Position numbers and translations under genes: made by a program. Below the pieces are notes generated by a model that saw only the letters and a list, made by a program, of their open reading frames with translations, did no database searches and was not told where the DNA came from. Shown here in pieces: positions 8,307 to 18,462 of a stretch of DNA of 64,000 bases. This DNA is from a virus: positions 1 through 64,000 of the IMG/VR virus record IMGVR_UViG_3300019458_000032; one strand, 5' to 3'. Each line of letters starts with the position of its first letter. The first letter of the stretch is position 1.

Positions 8307-9302
8307 ATGACAATACCTAATCGTATTTCACATTCGGCGGTTGACAGATACATAGAATGCTCTTTATGTTTTCGTTTACATTATATAGAAAATATTAGAC
8401 CTGTTAGAAAGAAATCAGCTCTATTATTTGGAGCAGCTTTGGATAAGGGTTTAAATCATCTTCTTTTAACGAAGGATTTGGATGAAGCATTAGATATTTT
8501 TAAAGAAGCTTGGGAAAAAGTTGATGTAGAAACTACAGATTTTTCTAAAAGTGATCTCGATGAAGAATTAGTTAATTGGACAGGTGGAATTATATCAACC
8601 AATCGTTCTAAATCTTGGCATTCTTTACACGTTAAAGGTTGTTTATTCATTCAACAATATCATAAAGATATTCTACCTCGCATTAAGAGAGTTATAGTTG
8701 TACAAGAACCTATAAGTCTTAAAAATACTGAAGGTGATGAGATTACTGGAGCATTGGATCTAATTGTAGAATGGGAAGATGGTAAGATCTATTTATTCGA
8801 TAATAAATCATCAAGTGTAAAGTATGCACCAGATAGTGCTAAAATGGGACAACAATTACCTTTGTATTATTACATTAAAAAGGATGAATATAAGCTAGAT
8901 GGTGTTGGATATATTGTAATGTCTAAAAAAATTAACAAAAATAAGGTGAAAACTTGTAAGAAGTGTAATACAATTAATAAAGGTATGCATAAAACTTGTC
9001 CTGAATCTTATGATACTCCAGTTATGAATGGAGAAAATATTAAAGTGGTTTCTAAAAAATGTGGTGGAGAATTTGATATAGTCATTAATCCAACTGTCGA
9101 TATTGAGGTTATTCTTAATACAGTGGATGAATCAGATGAGAAAAGAGTTATAGAAACGTTTGACTATGTAAACAATTGTATTGCAGATGGGATATTCTCA
9201 GATACACATACACAAGAAAGAAATAAGTTTTATCAGTACTGCCCCTACAAGGAGTACACACCAGAAAACGCAGATTTCATTAAAGTGGAGAAAAAAGAAT
9301 GA
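8307..9302 (+). CDS. PD-(D/E)XK nuclease (Cas4/RecB-like exonuclease)
   Basis: ISHSAV..Y..C, E, GALDL, FDNKS, QLPLY, C-terminal YCPY. Confidence 0.85.
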   Translation: MTIPNRISHSAVDRYIECSLCFRLHYIENIRPVRKKSALLFGAALDKGLNHLLLTKDLDEALDIFKEAWEKVDVETTDFSKSDLDEELVNWTGGIISTNRSKSWHSLHVKGCLFIQQYHKDILPRIKRVIVVQEPISLKNTEGDEITGALDLIVEWEDGKIYLFDNKSSSVKYAPDSAKMGQQLPLYYYIKKDEYKLDGVGYIVMSKKINKNKVKTCKKCNTINKGMHKTCPESYDTPVMNGENIKVVSKKCGGEFDIVINPTVDIEVILNTVDESDEKRVIETFDYVNNCIADGIFSDTHTQERNKFYQYCPYKEYTPENADFIKVEKKE

Positions 9303-9472
9303 AACTTGTTGAAAAAGAACACGAATTATGTGATAATATAGAATGTCAACAATGTTGTAATCACGATGAATTTGATCATGGTATTTGCTTATATTGTGGA
9401 TTGGATATATCTGCTGATTTAGCAGCTAGAATGTATGATAGATATAAAGATATGATGAAATATGGAGAATAA
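9300..9472 (+). CDS. small Cys/His-rich protein
   Basis: Approximate coordinates; MKLVEKEHELCDNIECQQCCNHDEFDHGICLYCG..., GGAG RBS. Confidence 0.5.
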
Positions 9473-9475
9473 AAA

Positions 9476-9868
9476 ATGACAAATACTGTAGTAGTTTTAG
9501 GTGTAATAGTTATATTATTTTCTATATTAGGAGGAATGTGGGGCTGTCCACAATATCATGTTTATGAACAAAGACTTTCTGGAGAAGCAGAATTAGCTAA
9601 AGCTACCTATAATAGACAAGTAAAGGTTCGCGAAGCTGAAGCAATAAAAGAAGCTGCATCATTGCTTGCTGAAGCAGAAATTGAAAGATCAAAAGGAGTA
9701 GCTGCCGCAAATAAGATTATTGGAGAATCATTAAAAAATAATGAATCATATCTTAGATGGTTATGGATTGAAGGTCTTAAAGATGGTGGGAATGATGTAA
9801 TCTATGTCCCAACAGAAGCTGGATTACCTATCCTAGAAGCTGGAAAAAGAAAAAAGAACGGAGAGTAA
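9476..9868 (+). CDS. SPFH/band-7-like membrane protein (coiled-coil fragment)
   Basis: TM helix, EAE/AKA repeats, YLRWLWI...VIYVPTEAGLPILEAG. Confidence 0.7.
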   Translation: MTNTVVVLGVIVILFSILGGMWGCPQYHVYEQRLSGEAELAKATYNRQVKVREAEAIKEAASLLAEAEIERSKGVAAANKIIGESLKNNESYLRWLWIEGLKDGGNDVIYVPTEAGLPILEAGKRKKNGE

Positions 9869-9869
9869 C

Positions 9870-10076
9870 ATGAAAGTGGTTAAACCTTCAGATTTTGAAC
9901 CTTATTTTACATCTAAGACCGACAGAATTGTAGCTGCTGAGAGTGCTAATGCTGCATTAGAGAAGATTTTACGTAGACACCTTGAAGATCCTACAAGACA
10001 AGCTCCAGGACAGTATGCAAAAGGTTATAGAGAAGCGTTGTTGGATTTAAAAGCGGTGTTGTTAGGTGATCTCTAA
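9870..10076 (+). CDS. hypothetical protein
   Basis: ORF with GGAG RBS. Confidence 0.55.
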   Translation: MKVVKPSDFEPYFTSKTDRIVAAESANAALEKILRRHLEDPTRQAPGQYAKGYREALLDLKAVLLGDL

Positions 10077-10169
10077 GGGTGAAGGTATATATCTAACTGT
10101 TTCTATATTATTCTTTATAGAAAGTAATATAGCACTATATCTATTATGGGACATTAGAAGGAAATTAAA

Positions 10170-10457
10170 ATGATTCGTAAAGAACAAGCTGAAGAAGCTG
10201 CTATGACAGAACTTGTAAAGACATATAATGGTACTTCTGTAGATTATTTTGTTATGGGAGTTGAATGGGCAGATAAGAATCCTCAAAATGAAGTTTCATT
10301 TATTTTAGATCTTATTCATCAACGTTCTATCGCATTTGATGAAGCTAAAACTTATAGAGAAAAACTTGAAATTGCAATTGAAGCTTTAAAATATTTAGAA
10401 ATACATATTGACGATGAAGGTGAATATGTTAGAGAAGTTCTTGAGAAACTTAAATGA
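10170..10457 (+). CDS. hypothetical protein
   Basis: F..G.EWAD.NP motif common in phage small genes. Confidence 0.6.
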   Translation: MIRKEQAEEAAMTELVKTYNGTSVDYFVMGVEWADKNPQNEVSFILDLIHQRSIAFDEAKTYREKLEIAIEALKYLEIHIDDEGEYVREVLEKLK

Positions 10458-10699
10458 AACGCATTGAAATGATTGATGAAATTATGTGTTGTTTATTAAG
10501 TTATTCAGTTAATTATCCTCAATATCCATTATCTCAATTAAGAATCGCCGCTGAAGAAATTCTTAAAATGCAAGAAGAAGCTGGTATGTTACCACCCACA
10601 TTCTCAGACTATAAAGAAGGAGATGAAGTTCATTCAATTCTATTTGGTGGAGATAAACCAATAAAAAACCCAACTAATGCGTGGGAACCCGATAAATGA
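10454..10699 (+). CDS. hypothetical protein, paralog of 24002-24202
   Basis: MKR.EMI...GMLPP...WE pattern shared with 24002-24202. Confidence 0.6.
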   Translation: MKRIEMIDEIMCCLLSYSVNYPQYPLSQLRIAAEEILKMQEEAGMLPPTFSDYKEGDEVHSILFGGDKPIKNPTNAWEPDK

Positions 10700-11142
10700 A
10701 AGCAATTATCCTTGTTGGATTAACTGGATCGGGTAAGAGTACATTCTGTAAGAAGTATCCTAAATTCACTAGAATCAACCAAGATGAACTAGGATCACGT
10801 CAGAAATGTATAACTGCATTAAAAACTGCTATATCACAAAAAGAAAATATCATCATAGATCGCACTAATATCAATAAGATGCAACGTAATCACTTTATTT
10901 CTATCCTAAAGGAATATCCTGAATATGAAATCAATTGTATTTATTTTGACGCAGATCCCGAGCTTTGTGTAAAACGTGTTTCAGAAAGAGAGAATCATCC
11001 TACAATTACTGAAGATTTTTCTCTTGACAAAATTAAAGAAATTGTGTATAGTTTTTATAGAAGCTTGGAGGAGCCAAGTATCTCAGAAGGATTTAGCATG
11101 ATCCTAACTATTAAGGTGAAAGATGAAGAATCTGAAACTTAA
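10696..11142 (+). CDS. polynucleotide kinase-like P-loop protein (AAA_33)
   Basis: GLTGSGKST, RINQD, IIDRTN...R, C..R..R..H. Confidence 0.85.
   Translation: MKAIILVGLTGSGKSTFCKKYPKFTRINQDELGSRQKCITALKTAISQKENIIIDRTNINKMQRNHFISILKEYPEYEINCIYFDADPELCVKRVSERENHPTITEDFSLDKIKEIVYSFYRSLEEPSISEGFSMILTIKVKDEESET
11024..11052 (+). promoter_or_regulatory. intragenic sigma70-type promoter upstream of the subtilase
   Basis: TTGACA-17 nt-TATAGT with TG extension. Confidence 0.55.
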
Positions 11143-11851
11143 TGAAATTTTACTCTTAATTGTCTTTGTTTTATGTATTGTGTGGTATGTTAAAGCAGAT
11201 GCTAAACCAGTGCGTTTTATGGTTATTGACACCGGAGTTGATACTTCACATGAAACAATAAAAAAATATATAAGAGAACCATTTACAGACGAATATGTTG
11301 ATGATATTGGACATGGAACAGCGATAGCATCTTTAGCCTTAAAAGATGTTTGTGAAAGTGTTGAATTAATTTCTTGTAAATATTTTTCTCCAGCAGATTT
11401 TAGATTTAATAGAGCTTTAGTTAATTTTAAAAATTGTTTACGTGAAGCAATTATAAAACAGGTTGATTATATAAATTATTCATCATCGGGACTCTCTTCA
11501 GATAGAGAAGAATATGAATTACTGAAGAAATTAACTGACAAGGGGGTCATAATTACAATTTCTATGGGCAATGAGGGAAGAAATATTTTTTACGGCAATA
11601 AATGTATATATTCATTCCCCGCTTGTTATTTACTACCAAATACATATATAATTGGTAATACAACAGATGGTGGTAAACTTTGGGGTAAAAGTAATTATGG
11701 ATCAACAAAAAATGCTAGATATTTAAATGGAGTTAATGTCTCTGTATTATTACCAAAAAAACAACATGGTAAAACTACAGGCACAAGTGCTTCAACTGCT
11801 AAATATATGAATGAAATTTTAAAACGTAAATGTTGGGAGTTAAGACATTGA
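11123..11851 (+). CDS. exported subtilisin-like serine protease (S8)
   Basis: N-terminal signal/TM; catalytic triad motifs VIDTGVD, HGTAIAS, GTSASTA; oxyanion GN. Confidence 0.85.
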   Translation: MKNLKLNEILLLIVFVLCIVWYVKADAKPVRFMVIDTGVDTSHETIKKYIREPFTDEYVDDIGHGTAIASLALKDVCESVELISCKYFSPADFRFNRALVNFKNCLREAIIKQVDYINYSSSGLSSDREEYELLKKLTDKGVIITISMGNEGRNIFYGNKCIYSFPACYLLPNTYIIGNTTDGGKLWGKSNYGSTKNARYLNGVNVSVLLPKKQHGKTTGTSASTAKYMNEILKRKCWELRH

Positions 11852-12045
11852 AAAATACATATTTATTAAAATTTACAAATGGTGATGATGTTGAATACGT
11901 TATTGAGGCGGCTGATGCTAATACAAGAAACGCATATGCACTCAGGGCTTTTATTCAAAATGAAATTTTAGAGGTTGATAATGTAACATACAATCTATCT
12001 CAATTAGTGAAGTATGTTTTGAAAGATTAAAGAAAGGTATCGTAT

Positions 12046-12306
12046 ATGAGCAAAGCAAAAGAATTATTGGATGATGAAAATATTGGAAATAAAGAAGTTA
12101 CTGAACCTGTTTTAACACATGTTATGCTTGGAATGTGTAATGTTCCAGGTGAGGGTTGGTCTTTAACATCAGTTAAATATAATCCAACAACTGGTGAAAC
12201 CGGAAGAGTGGTAAAAGAACATACTGGTGAATCTGGTGATTATATCGCAGAAACTTTAAAGATTCAAATGGTTCGTAAAGGCGTATTTAATAATTGTGGA
12301 AATTAA
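12046..12306 (+). CDS. hypothetical protein
   Basis: 86 aa ORF. Confidence 0.55.
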   Translation: MSKAKELLDDENIGNKEVTEPVLTHVMLGMCNVPGEGWSLTSVKYNPTTGETGRVVKEHTGESGDYIAETLKIQMVRKGVFNNCGN

Positions 12307-12498
12307 AAAACATATTTTAATAACTGCCACTGTATTATTATGTGCTCAATTAGCATTTTTTCTGACAATTGTTCATTTTATGCTTGTAGTTTCAGAAAAT
12401 CATGCTATAATGTTATTATTGATTTGGCCTATAATTAAATATAGTGAATGGAATTTGAATAAGTTAATGTTAAGTTTAAAGAAAAATGGAGAAAAAAC

Positions 12499-13134
12499 AT
12501 GAGTTCACCTTTGATTTATAAGAAAATGTCCAATGTAATGAAAGCAGTTAAAGCTGTAAGTAAAGACCAAAAAAATGAATCACAGGGATTTAAGTTTCGT
12601 GGTATTGATCAGTTTGTAAATGCTTTGTATCCGGCATTAACGGTTGAAGGTGTATTTATGGCTCCTCGTTGTGTGAATTATACACAAGAATTGAAAGATG
12701 TTACACGTGGTAGTGGTAAAGCGGGAGTTGATAAACACGTAGCTATTATGATGGAATATGATTTCTTTGCGGAAGATGGGTCAAAGGTTACAGTGGGTCC
12801 TATTCCCGCCGAAGGATTAGATTCTGGCGATAAAGCAACAAATAAAGCATTATCTGCCGCACTTAAATATGCTTTAATTCAAACATTTAGTGTTCCAACA
12901 GAAGATATGGCTGAAGCAGATAAAGAGAGTCCTGAAATTGGGACAGCTAAAGATAAAAAATCACAACCTGAAACAAAAAGAACACGCTCAAGTTTCGCTA
13001 AAGAAAGCAGTCAAGAACAAGTGGGAAGTACTACTACAGTTCCTGTTTCTGCCACTGCAAATGGTAGTGGTGCTGCATCATTAACCGCAAAAGCGGGACA
13101 AACAACCCCTGTGCCCAATAATGGGTGGAGTTAA
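12499..13134 (+). CDS. erf: ERF-family single-strand annealing recombinase
   Basis: V.KD.KN..QGFKFRGID, EG.DSGDKATNKALSAALKYAL.Q.F. Confidence 0.88.
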   Translation: MSSPLIYKKMSNVMKAVKAVSKDQKNESQGFKFRGIDQFVNALYPALTVEGVFMAPRCVNYTQELKDVTRGSGKAGVDKHVAIMMEYDFFAEDGSKVTVGPIPAEGLDSGDKATNKALSAALKYALIQTFSVPTEDMAEADKESPEIGTAKDKKSQPETKRTRSSFAKESSQEQVGSTTTVPVSATANGSGAASLTAKAGQTTPVPNNGWS

Positions 13135-13136
13135 TA

Positions 13137-13583
13137 ATGTCAGAAGAATTGGCACCAGTATTAGAAACCCCTAAAGAAGAAGTTAATATTCTGGACGTAA
13201 TTAATAATCCAGAGAATCCAGCAACGGAAGAGCAAGTTAAAGCTGCTACAGAAGAGTTGGCAGTTAAAGCAACGACTCCTGAACAACAAATTGAGCAAGT
13301 TGCGCAGTTCTTTAAGCTTTATATGCAAGTTTTTAAGAATCAAATCGAAGGTTTGAATAATAAGGCTTTGAAGAGAATTATTACAAGACTTGTAGAATTT
13401 CCTTTACAGGAAGATGAAATTACATGGCCCTTTAAGGAAGAGAAGGAAATTTTTGCAGTAGGTCATAGACTTTTAGAAGCCAAATATGGTATGGCTCAAT
13501 ATGTTTTAAATAATCAAATTCAAGAACTAGGTTCTGAAGATAAAAAAGAAGAAGGAGTTAAAGAAAATGGCGAGCAAACGTAA
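13137..13583 (+). CDS. acidic hypothetical protein
   Basis: ORF after ERF, GGAG RBS. Confidence 0.65.
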   Translation: MSEELAPVLETPKEEVNILDVINNPENPATEEQVKAATEELAVKATTPEQQIEQVAQFFKLYMQVFKNQIEGLNNKALKRIITRLVEFPLQEDEITWPFKEEKEIFAVGHRLLEAKYGMAQYVLNNQIQELGSEDKKEEGVKENGEQT

Positions 13584-13830
13584 AGTTATCGGTAGTGTGG
13601 TTAGAGGTAAAGAAGGAAAACCTGATTACATCAAAGTGCGTGGTACACACGTATTGAAAGATGGTCAGTTTTTGAATCTTGAGAGTAAAGATCAGCAACT
13701 TGCAAGTCTTGACGCTGCTGTGGCTAGTAAGAAAGTTTCAGTCGAAACAGCCGCTGGAGTTCGTGAACGCATTAATAAGATTCCAGATTTTGTAAGATTT
13801 GAAATTATTTCCATCGAAAGAAACGATTAA
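13567..13830 (+). CDS. small protein, possibly ssDNA-binding (context only)
   Basis: Strong AAGGAG RBS; lies in the ERF operon; function inferred from position. Confidence 0.55.
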   Translation: MASKRKVIGSVVRGKEGKPDYIKVRGTHVLKDGQFLNLESKDQQLASLDAAVASKKVSVETAAGVRERINKIPDFVRFEIISIERND

Positions 13831-13834
13831 TATA

Positions 13835-13950
13835 AAGCTAGCCTTTAGGAACAACTGCCTGGCGGAGTGTAGCTAACATCGGGAGGTGACGAACCCGAGG
13901 ACCAGGAAAGCTTACTTAATTACATTTAGAACAAGGCGGTTCTAGGTAAG
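13835..13950 (+). ncRNA. GC-rich structured intergenic RNA element
   Basis: Nested helices AAGCT/AGCTT, CCTGG/CCAGG, TCGGG/CCCGA; second hairpin TAGAAC/GTTCTA. Confidence 0.45.
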
Positions 13951-13962
13951 GGATAACGGCTC

Positions 13963-13990
13963 AGGGATGAGAACTTGTCCCTATTTTTTT
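13963..13990 (+). terminator. intrinsic terminator
   Basis: AGGGATGAG..CTTGTCCCT stem followed by ATTTTTTT. Confidence 0.65.
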
Positions 13991-14002
13991 ATTAGGAGTA
14001 AA

Positions 14003-14350
14003 ATGGATATTCAATTTTACCACCATAAAACTGGACCAAGTCGATTCACTGCCTGTGTAGAAGTTCCCGAACGTGAAATGCTCGAAAATCTCATCAGAAT
14101 AGACACCTACAAGAATATCGTTATTCCAATCGGTTTTTCATTTGTACATCCTAATGATAAATATGTTAAAGAACAAGGTCGTCTGTTATCTGGTGATAGA
14201 CTTGTAAATGAATTTTTCAATTTAACCCATGTTGTATACAAAAATGAGCATCAGTGTACGGAACTTCATTTACAAAACGAATCTACTATGGTAGTATTAG
14301 AGTTACATCCTAATAGAAAAAGAGCTTATTTAATAAAGGTAGAAATTTAA
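14003..14350 (+). CDS. hypothetical protein
   Basis: Start moved to ATG 14003 after AGGAG; G.S.VHP.D.Y.K..GR motif. Confidence 0.65.
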   Translation: MDIQFYHHKTGPSRFTACVEVPEREMLENLIRIDTYKNIVIPIGFSFVHPNDKYVKEQGRLLSGDRLVNEFFNLTHVVYKNEHQCTELHLQNESTMVVLELHPNRKRAYLIKVEI

Positions 14351-14352
14351 TT

Positions 14353-16317
14353 ATGTCAGAAACAAAATATATTCGTGTTACAAAGGGTTTAAACGATAAA
14401 GGTATTCTGGTTTCACCTGAAGACTATAAAGCCCTGGATTTACAACCCGATCAAGATTATTATTCAAGCATTCATTATTATAATGAACTTCAATTTAGAA
14501 AATTTAAAGAAACTGGATCTATTTCTGGAATTACTGATGTCAAAACTGATAAACTAGTATTTGATTTGGATTATAAAACAGATTTAGAAGTAGCTCGTCA
14601 AGATACTCTAACCATTGTAAAACGTTTAGAAGATATTGGAATCAATAAATCTAAGATTCAATTTTACTTTTCGGGTCAAAAAGGTTTTACGGTTGTTGTG
14701 AATCTTAAACAATATTTGAGCCCTGAACGTCTAGCAAACATCGCTTTAAATGTTATTGGTAAGAACATTAAAACTCTCGATACATCTTTGTATAATGCTT
14801 CAAGACTACTGAGGGTTCCAAATACTCGACATCCTGTTACTGGGTTATTTAAAATTCCTCTAACTTTTAATCAACTTTCTAAACTTAAAATAGAAACAAT
14901 AAAAGAAAATGCAGTTAGACCAGGTTCAACCCCACCTGTTACAGAATCTGTTGAATTATCTGAAGAACTCATTAAAGAAGAATTAAAGGCTGAAGAAAAA
15001 ACTCAATTAGAATCTAGGGCCTATTCTTTAGAATTAACTAAGAAACCTTCTCAATGGAAGAATTGTAAATGGTCATTACTACAAGGTAACTTCGATAGTG
15101 GTGAACGTCATAATGCTCTTATGGTTATCGCAGCAACTTGTCGCGGTTTAGGTTATGACAAAAACACAACATATTATATGTGTAAATCTGCTTTAAAGAA
15201 ACAAGCAGCTAGAACTGGTTATGATGAATTTTCAAAAGAAGAATTATATAAGAACATTATTGAACAATCTGTATTCAAAGATAACTGGGAAGGGGGTCAA
15301 TTTTCCTGTAAAACTTCTGGGTGGTTACAAAGTTATTGTAATCGTTTAGGCGAACATAAATGTAAAGATCGTGAAGTTGAAGACAAACCATGTGTTAATT
15401 TTGACGACATGACTACAAACTTTTTAACATATGCTAAAGACTTTGAGAAGAATGTCATTAGAACCGGAATTAAGGGACTAGATAATCATTTAATTCTTTG
15501 TACTTCAACTCTAAATGGATTGCTTGGAAATCCTGGCAGTGGTAAGACCACAATGGCCTTAAATTATCTACGTAATACGTCTTTAAGCGACATTCCTTCG
15601 GTCTTTTTGAGCTTGGACATGGGTATGCCCCTTGTATACGGAAAACTCATCCAGAAACGTTTGGGGCTGTCTTTTGAGAAGGTTATGGAACTCTTTAGAG
15701 ATAAACCCAGTGATCTTAAAGATGTTGTATCAGATATTAAAAAAGAATATAAGAACGTTGGGTTTAATTTTAGATCAGGTTTAACTGTGCCCGATATTAA
15801 AACGGTTATAAAAGAACATGAAGAAACTTTGGGCGGGAAAAAGGTTAAACTTCTTGTAATTGACTATCTCGAATGTTTAGCTGGACCTTATTCCGATGCA
15901 ACTGCCAATTTTGGATTTATTGCTAATCAACTTAAAGATCTTGCTAATGAAATGGAAATCTGTATTCTATTATTACTTCAAACTCAAAAACATTCTACCC
16001 CCGATATTGCAGATCCACTCTTGAGTTTAAAGGGAGTTAAAGGGTCATCCATTATTGAACAAAGTTGTACAGTGATTCTAACCCTTTGGAGAGAGGGATA
16101 CAATCCAAAACACGTTGAAGATGATAAGTATATTTCATTTGCTATTGTAAAGAATAGATTTGGAAGTCTTTGGAGTGGAGATTTCGGGTGGAATCCTGTA
16201 TCAGGTGATATCACTGGACTTACAGAAGAGCAGAAATGGGAGCTTGAGAACTTTAAAGAACGTAAAGTTAATGAAAAAGCTGAAAATGAAGCAAAAAAGA
16301 AAGAAGAATGGTCATAA
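14353..16317 (+). CDS. fused primase-polymerase (AEP-like) / DnaB-like helicase
   Basis: LVFDLD, YFSG.KGF, RLLRVPNTRH, G.RHNAL (PriCT-like), Walker A GNPGSGKT, LLVIDYL, IVKNRFG. Confidence 0.88.
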   Translation: MSETKYIRVTKGLNDKGILVSPEDYKALDLQPDQDYYSSIHYYNELQFRKFKETGSISGITDVKTDKLVFDLDYKTDLEVARQDTLTIVKRLEDIGINKSKIQFYFSGQKGFTVVVNLKQYLSPERLANIALNVIGKNIKTLDTSLYNASRLLRVPNTRHPVTGLFKIPLTFNQLSKLKIETIKENAVRPGSTPPVTESVELSEELIKEELKAEEKTQLESRAYSLELTKKPSQWKNCKWSLLQGNFDSGERHNALMVIAATCRGLGYDKNTTYYMCKSALKKQAARTGYDEFSKEELYKNIIEQSVFKDNWEGGQFSCKTSGWLQSYCNRLGEHKCKDREVEDKPCVNFDDMTTNFLTYAKDFEKNVIRTGIKGLDNHLILCTSTLNGLLGNPGSGKTTMALNYLRNTSLSDIPSVFLSLDMGMPLVYGKLIQKRLGLSFEKVMELFRDKPSDLKDVVSDIKKEYKNVGFNFRSGLTVPDIKTVIKEHEETLGGKKVKLLVIDYLECLAGPYSDATANFGFIANQLKDLANEMEICILLLLQTQKHSTPDIADPLLSLKGVKGSSIIEQSCTVILTLWREGYNPKHVEDDKYISFAIVKNRFGSLWSGDFGWNPVSGDITGLTEEQKWELENFKERKVNEKAENEAKKKEEWS

Positions 16318-16691
16318 TGAAAAAAGTTATCATAGCTGGTTCTAGAACTTTACTTCCCTCGGTAGGATTTATAGAAAGATCTTTAAGAATGGTAGGATTA
16401 ACTGACAATCAATATCGCATTATAAGTGGAAATGCATATGGTGTAGATCAGGTTGGAGAAGCGTTGGCAAAAGAATCCGGTTGGCCCTTCGAAATCTTTC
16501 CGGCTGATTGGGAAACTCATGGAAAATCCGCCGGTCCTATTAGAAATAAAGAAATGGCTCATTATGCAGATATTTTACTTTTAATATGGGACGGAAAATC
16601 AAAAGGTTCTTTAAATATGAAAAAGAATATGCTTAATTTAGGTAAACCAGTTCACGAAATAATTATCAAAAGAGATTGGAATTTGACATGA
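16317..16691 (+). CDS. SLOG/YspA-like (DUF2493) protein
   Basis: IIAGSR, ISG.A.GVD, ADW..HGKSAGPIRN.EMA, WDGKSKG. Confidence 0.85.
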   Translation: MKKVIIAGSRTLLPSVGFIERSLRMVGLTDNQYRIISGNAYGVDQVGEALAKESGWPFEIFPADWETHGKSAGPIRNKEMAHYADILLLIWDGKSKGSLNMKKNMLNLGKPVHEIIIKRDWNLT

Positions 16692-16987
16692 CAATATTCA
16701 ATGATACCTTTATTGGAAAAGAAGTTGAGATTGTGACAAATTTTGCTCAAAAAACACACCATGAATCTGAAGAAGGGTCTTATATTGAAGAAGGCCCAAT
16801 TGTATTTCGTGGATTTCTTGTAGGAGTTGATGAGGATCATTATTTGCTAGGAGAAACTCTAGATAAGGTTACAGATTGGATTCCTAAATCAGCATGTTTA
16901 AAAGGTGGACTTTCTAGACAAGAGGAAAGTGGTGCAAATTTAGATGACATTTTTGATAATATGCCAACAGGTGGTGGATTAAATTGA
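16688..16987 (+). CDS. hypothetical protein (possible Sm-like fold)
   Basis: FIGKEVEI...FRGFLVGVDEDHYLL pattern. Confidence 0.5.
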   Translation: MTIFNDTFIGKEVEIVTNFAQKTHHESEEGSYIEEGPIVFRGFLVGVDEDHYLLGETLDKVTDWIPKSACLKGGLSRQEESGANLDDIFDNMPTGGGLN

Positions 16988-17301
16988 AATATTTGTTGTT
17001 AATTGCAACATCTTTATTTATTCTTTCTTGTGGTGGACCTCAAGGAGCAACAGGACCACAAGGAGAACCTGGTGTATCTCCCATACCAGAACCAATTAAA
17101 TTTTGTCCAAGTTATACAGGGAAATATCCTGGACCCTTCCCCGAATATGGGATTTGTTTATCAGGTAATATATATGCAGTCTATTGGGATAACAAAAATG
17201 CATGGTTAGCTCAAGTTTATCCAGGTCGTTATAAATCAACTTCAACAAGTGCTCCTTGCACCTTTACAGTTGAACCAAATTGTGTTATAAAGGAAGAATG
17301 A
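16984..17301 (+). CDS. lipoprotein with short collagen-like repeat
   Basis: Lipobox ILSC followed by GPQGATGPQGEPG. Confidence 0.65.
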   Translation: MKYLLLIATSLFILSCGGPQGATGPQGEPGVSPIPEPIKFCPSYTGKYPGPFPEYGICLSGNIYAVYWDNKNAWLAQVYPGRYKSTSTSAPCTFTVEPNCVIKEE

Positions 17302-17462
17302 AGATACCATTTGGACCATATGAAGACACTGAAGTTAAAGATCTCCCTGTATCATATTGTGAAAAGTTATTAACTAAAATCGATATACGAGATAAAAGAT
17401 TAAGGGCTGAGTTAGAAGAAAGAATAAAAATTCCAAATATAAAGGATGAAGAAAATGAGTGA
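17298..17462 (+). CDS. small PFG-motif protein (DUF3820-like)
   Basis: MKIPFGPY....V.DLP.SY. Confidence 0.55.
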   Translation: MKIPFGPYEDTEVKDLPVSYCEKLLTKIDIRDKRLRAELEERIKIPNIKDEENE

Positions 17463-18462
17463 TTCTGTAGAAGATGCTAAAGATTTTGTTGAATTAACTG
17501 AATCTAGATCAAAAACAATATCTAGATTAGACGCCATTTTCGGTAAATCAACTCAACCTTCATTGTCAATACCCAGTGATGAAGAAGATAATGAATCATC
17601 TCCTGGTACACCAGTTCAATATCAATTATATAGAAATGGATATTCTCCCACAAATCAAACTGTTAAAAAACTTCCATCCGGCTGTTATGAAATTACGGCA
17701 GATAATAATTGTGTATATGTTTATCCTGCCCCTAAACCAACTGGACTTCTTTTAGAACTTCCTGAAATGAGATCAGAAGAAGTTATTAACGTGATTGAAA
17801 ATTTTTGGAATTCAGAAAAAGATTATAAAGAAGGAAATGAATTTGTTGTTGGTGGTGCAGCATTTAAGGCGGGCATCATGTTGTATGGTCCTCCAGGATC
17901 GGGGAAAACTTCCGTTATTAAAATTGTCTCTAATAAACTTATTGAAAGAGGGGGGACGGTTTTTTATGCATCTGGAAATCCAAATTTAATTATGGGATTT
18001 CTAGAGAATTTTTCTCAAATTGAAACCAATCGTAAATGTGTAGTTGTTTTAGAAGATATTGATAGTTTAATTATGAATTGGGGAGAAAGTATATATCTTG
18101 CTATGTTGGATAGTGCTAAATCTATAGATAATGTATTATTTATTGCGACCACAAACTATCCCGATAGATTAGATCCAAGAATTTATAATAGACCAGGTAG
18201 ATTCAGTCATGTAATTAAAGTTGGGTTGCCAACAGAAAAAGCTCGCGAAGCTTATTTAAAGGCGATTCTTAAAGATCATCGTGATGTAGAATATATTGTA
18301 AAACATACTGATAATTTTAGTGTGGATCATCTAACGGCTCTTGTTAACTCAACTTATCGAGAAAAAAAGGATCTTAAAAACGAGATCACTAGACTTCGTA
18401 CTCTCTTCAAAGTTCCTAAATCAGAAGAAGATAAAACTATGGGGATAGGTAGTGACATCTGA
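17455..18462 (+). CDS. AAA+ ATPase
   Basis: GIMLYGPPGSGKT, VLEDID, ATTNYPDRLD...RPGRF. Confidence 0.92.
   Translation: MSDSVEDAKDFVELTESRSKTISRLDAIFGKSTQPSLSIPSDEEDNESSPGTPVQYQLYRNGYSPTNQTVKKLPSGCYEITADNNCVYVYPAPKPTGLLLELPEMRSEEVINVIENFWNSEKDYKEGNEFVVGGAAFKAGIMLYGPPGSGKTSVIKIVSNKLIERGGTVFYASGNPNLIMGFLENFSQIETNRKCVVVLEDIDSLIMNWGESIYLAMLDSAKSIDNVLFIATTNYPDRLDPRIYNRPGRFSHVIKVGLPTEKAREAYLKAILKDHRDVEYIVKHTDNFSVDHLTALVNSTYREKKDLKNEITRLRTLFKVPKSEEDKTMGIGSDI

Noticed and set aside
8307-9302. Cas4 as part of a CRISPR system
   Set aside because: No repeat-spacer array or other cas genes; the context (ERF, replication genes) indicates a recombination exonuclease.
13967-14002. ORF-track start at 13967
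   Set aside because: It lies within the terminator hairpin; ATG 14003 has an AGGAG RBS.
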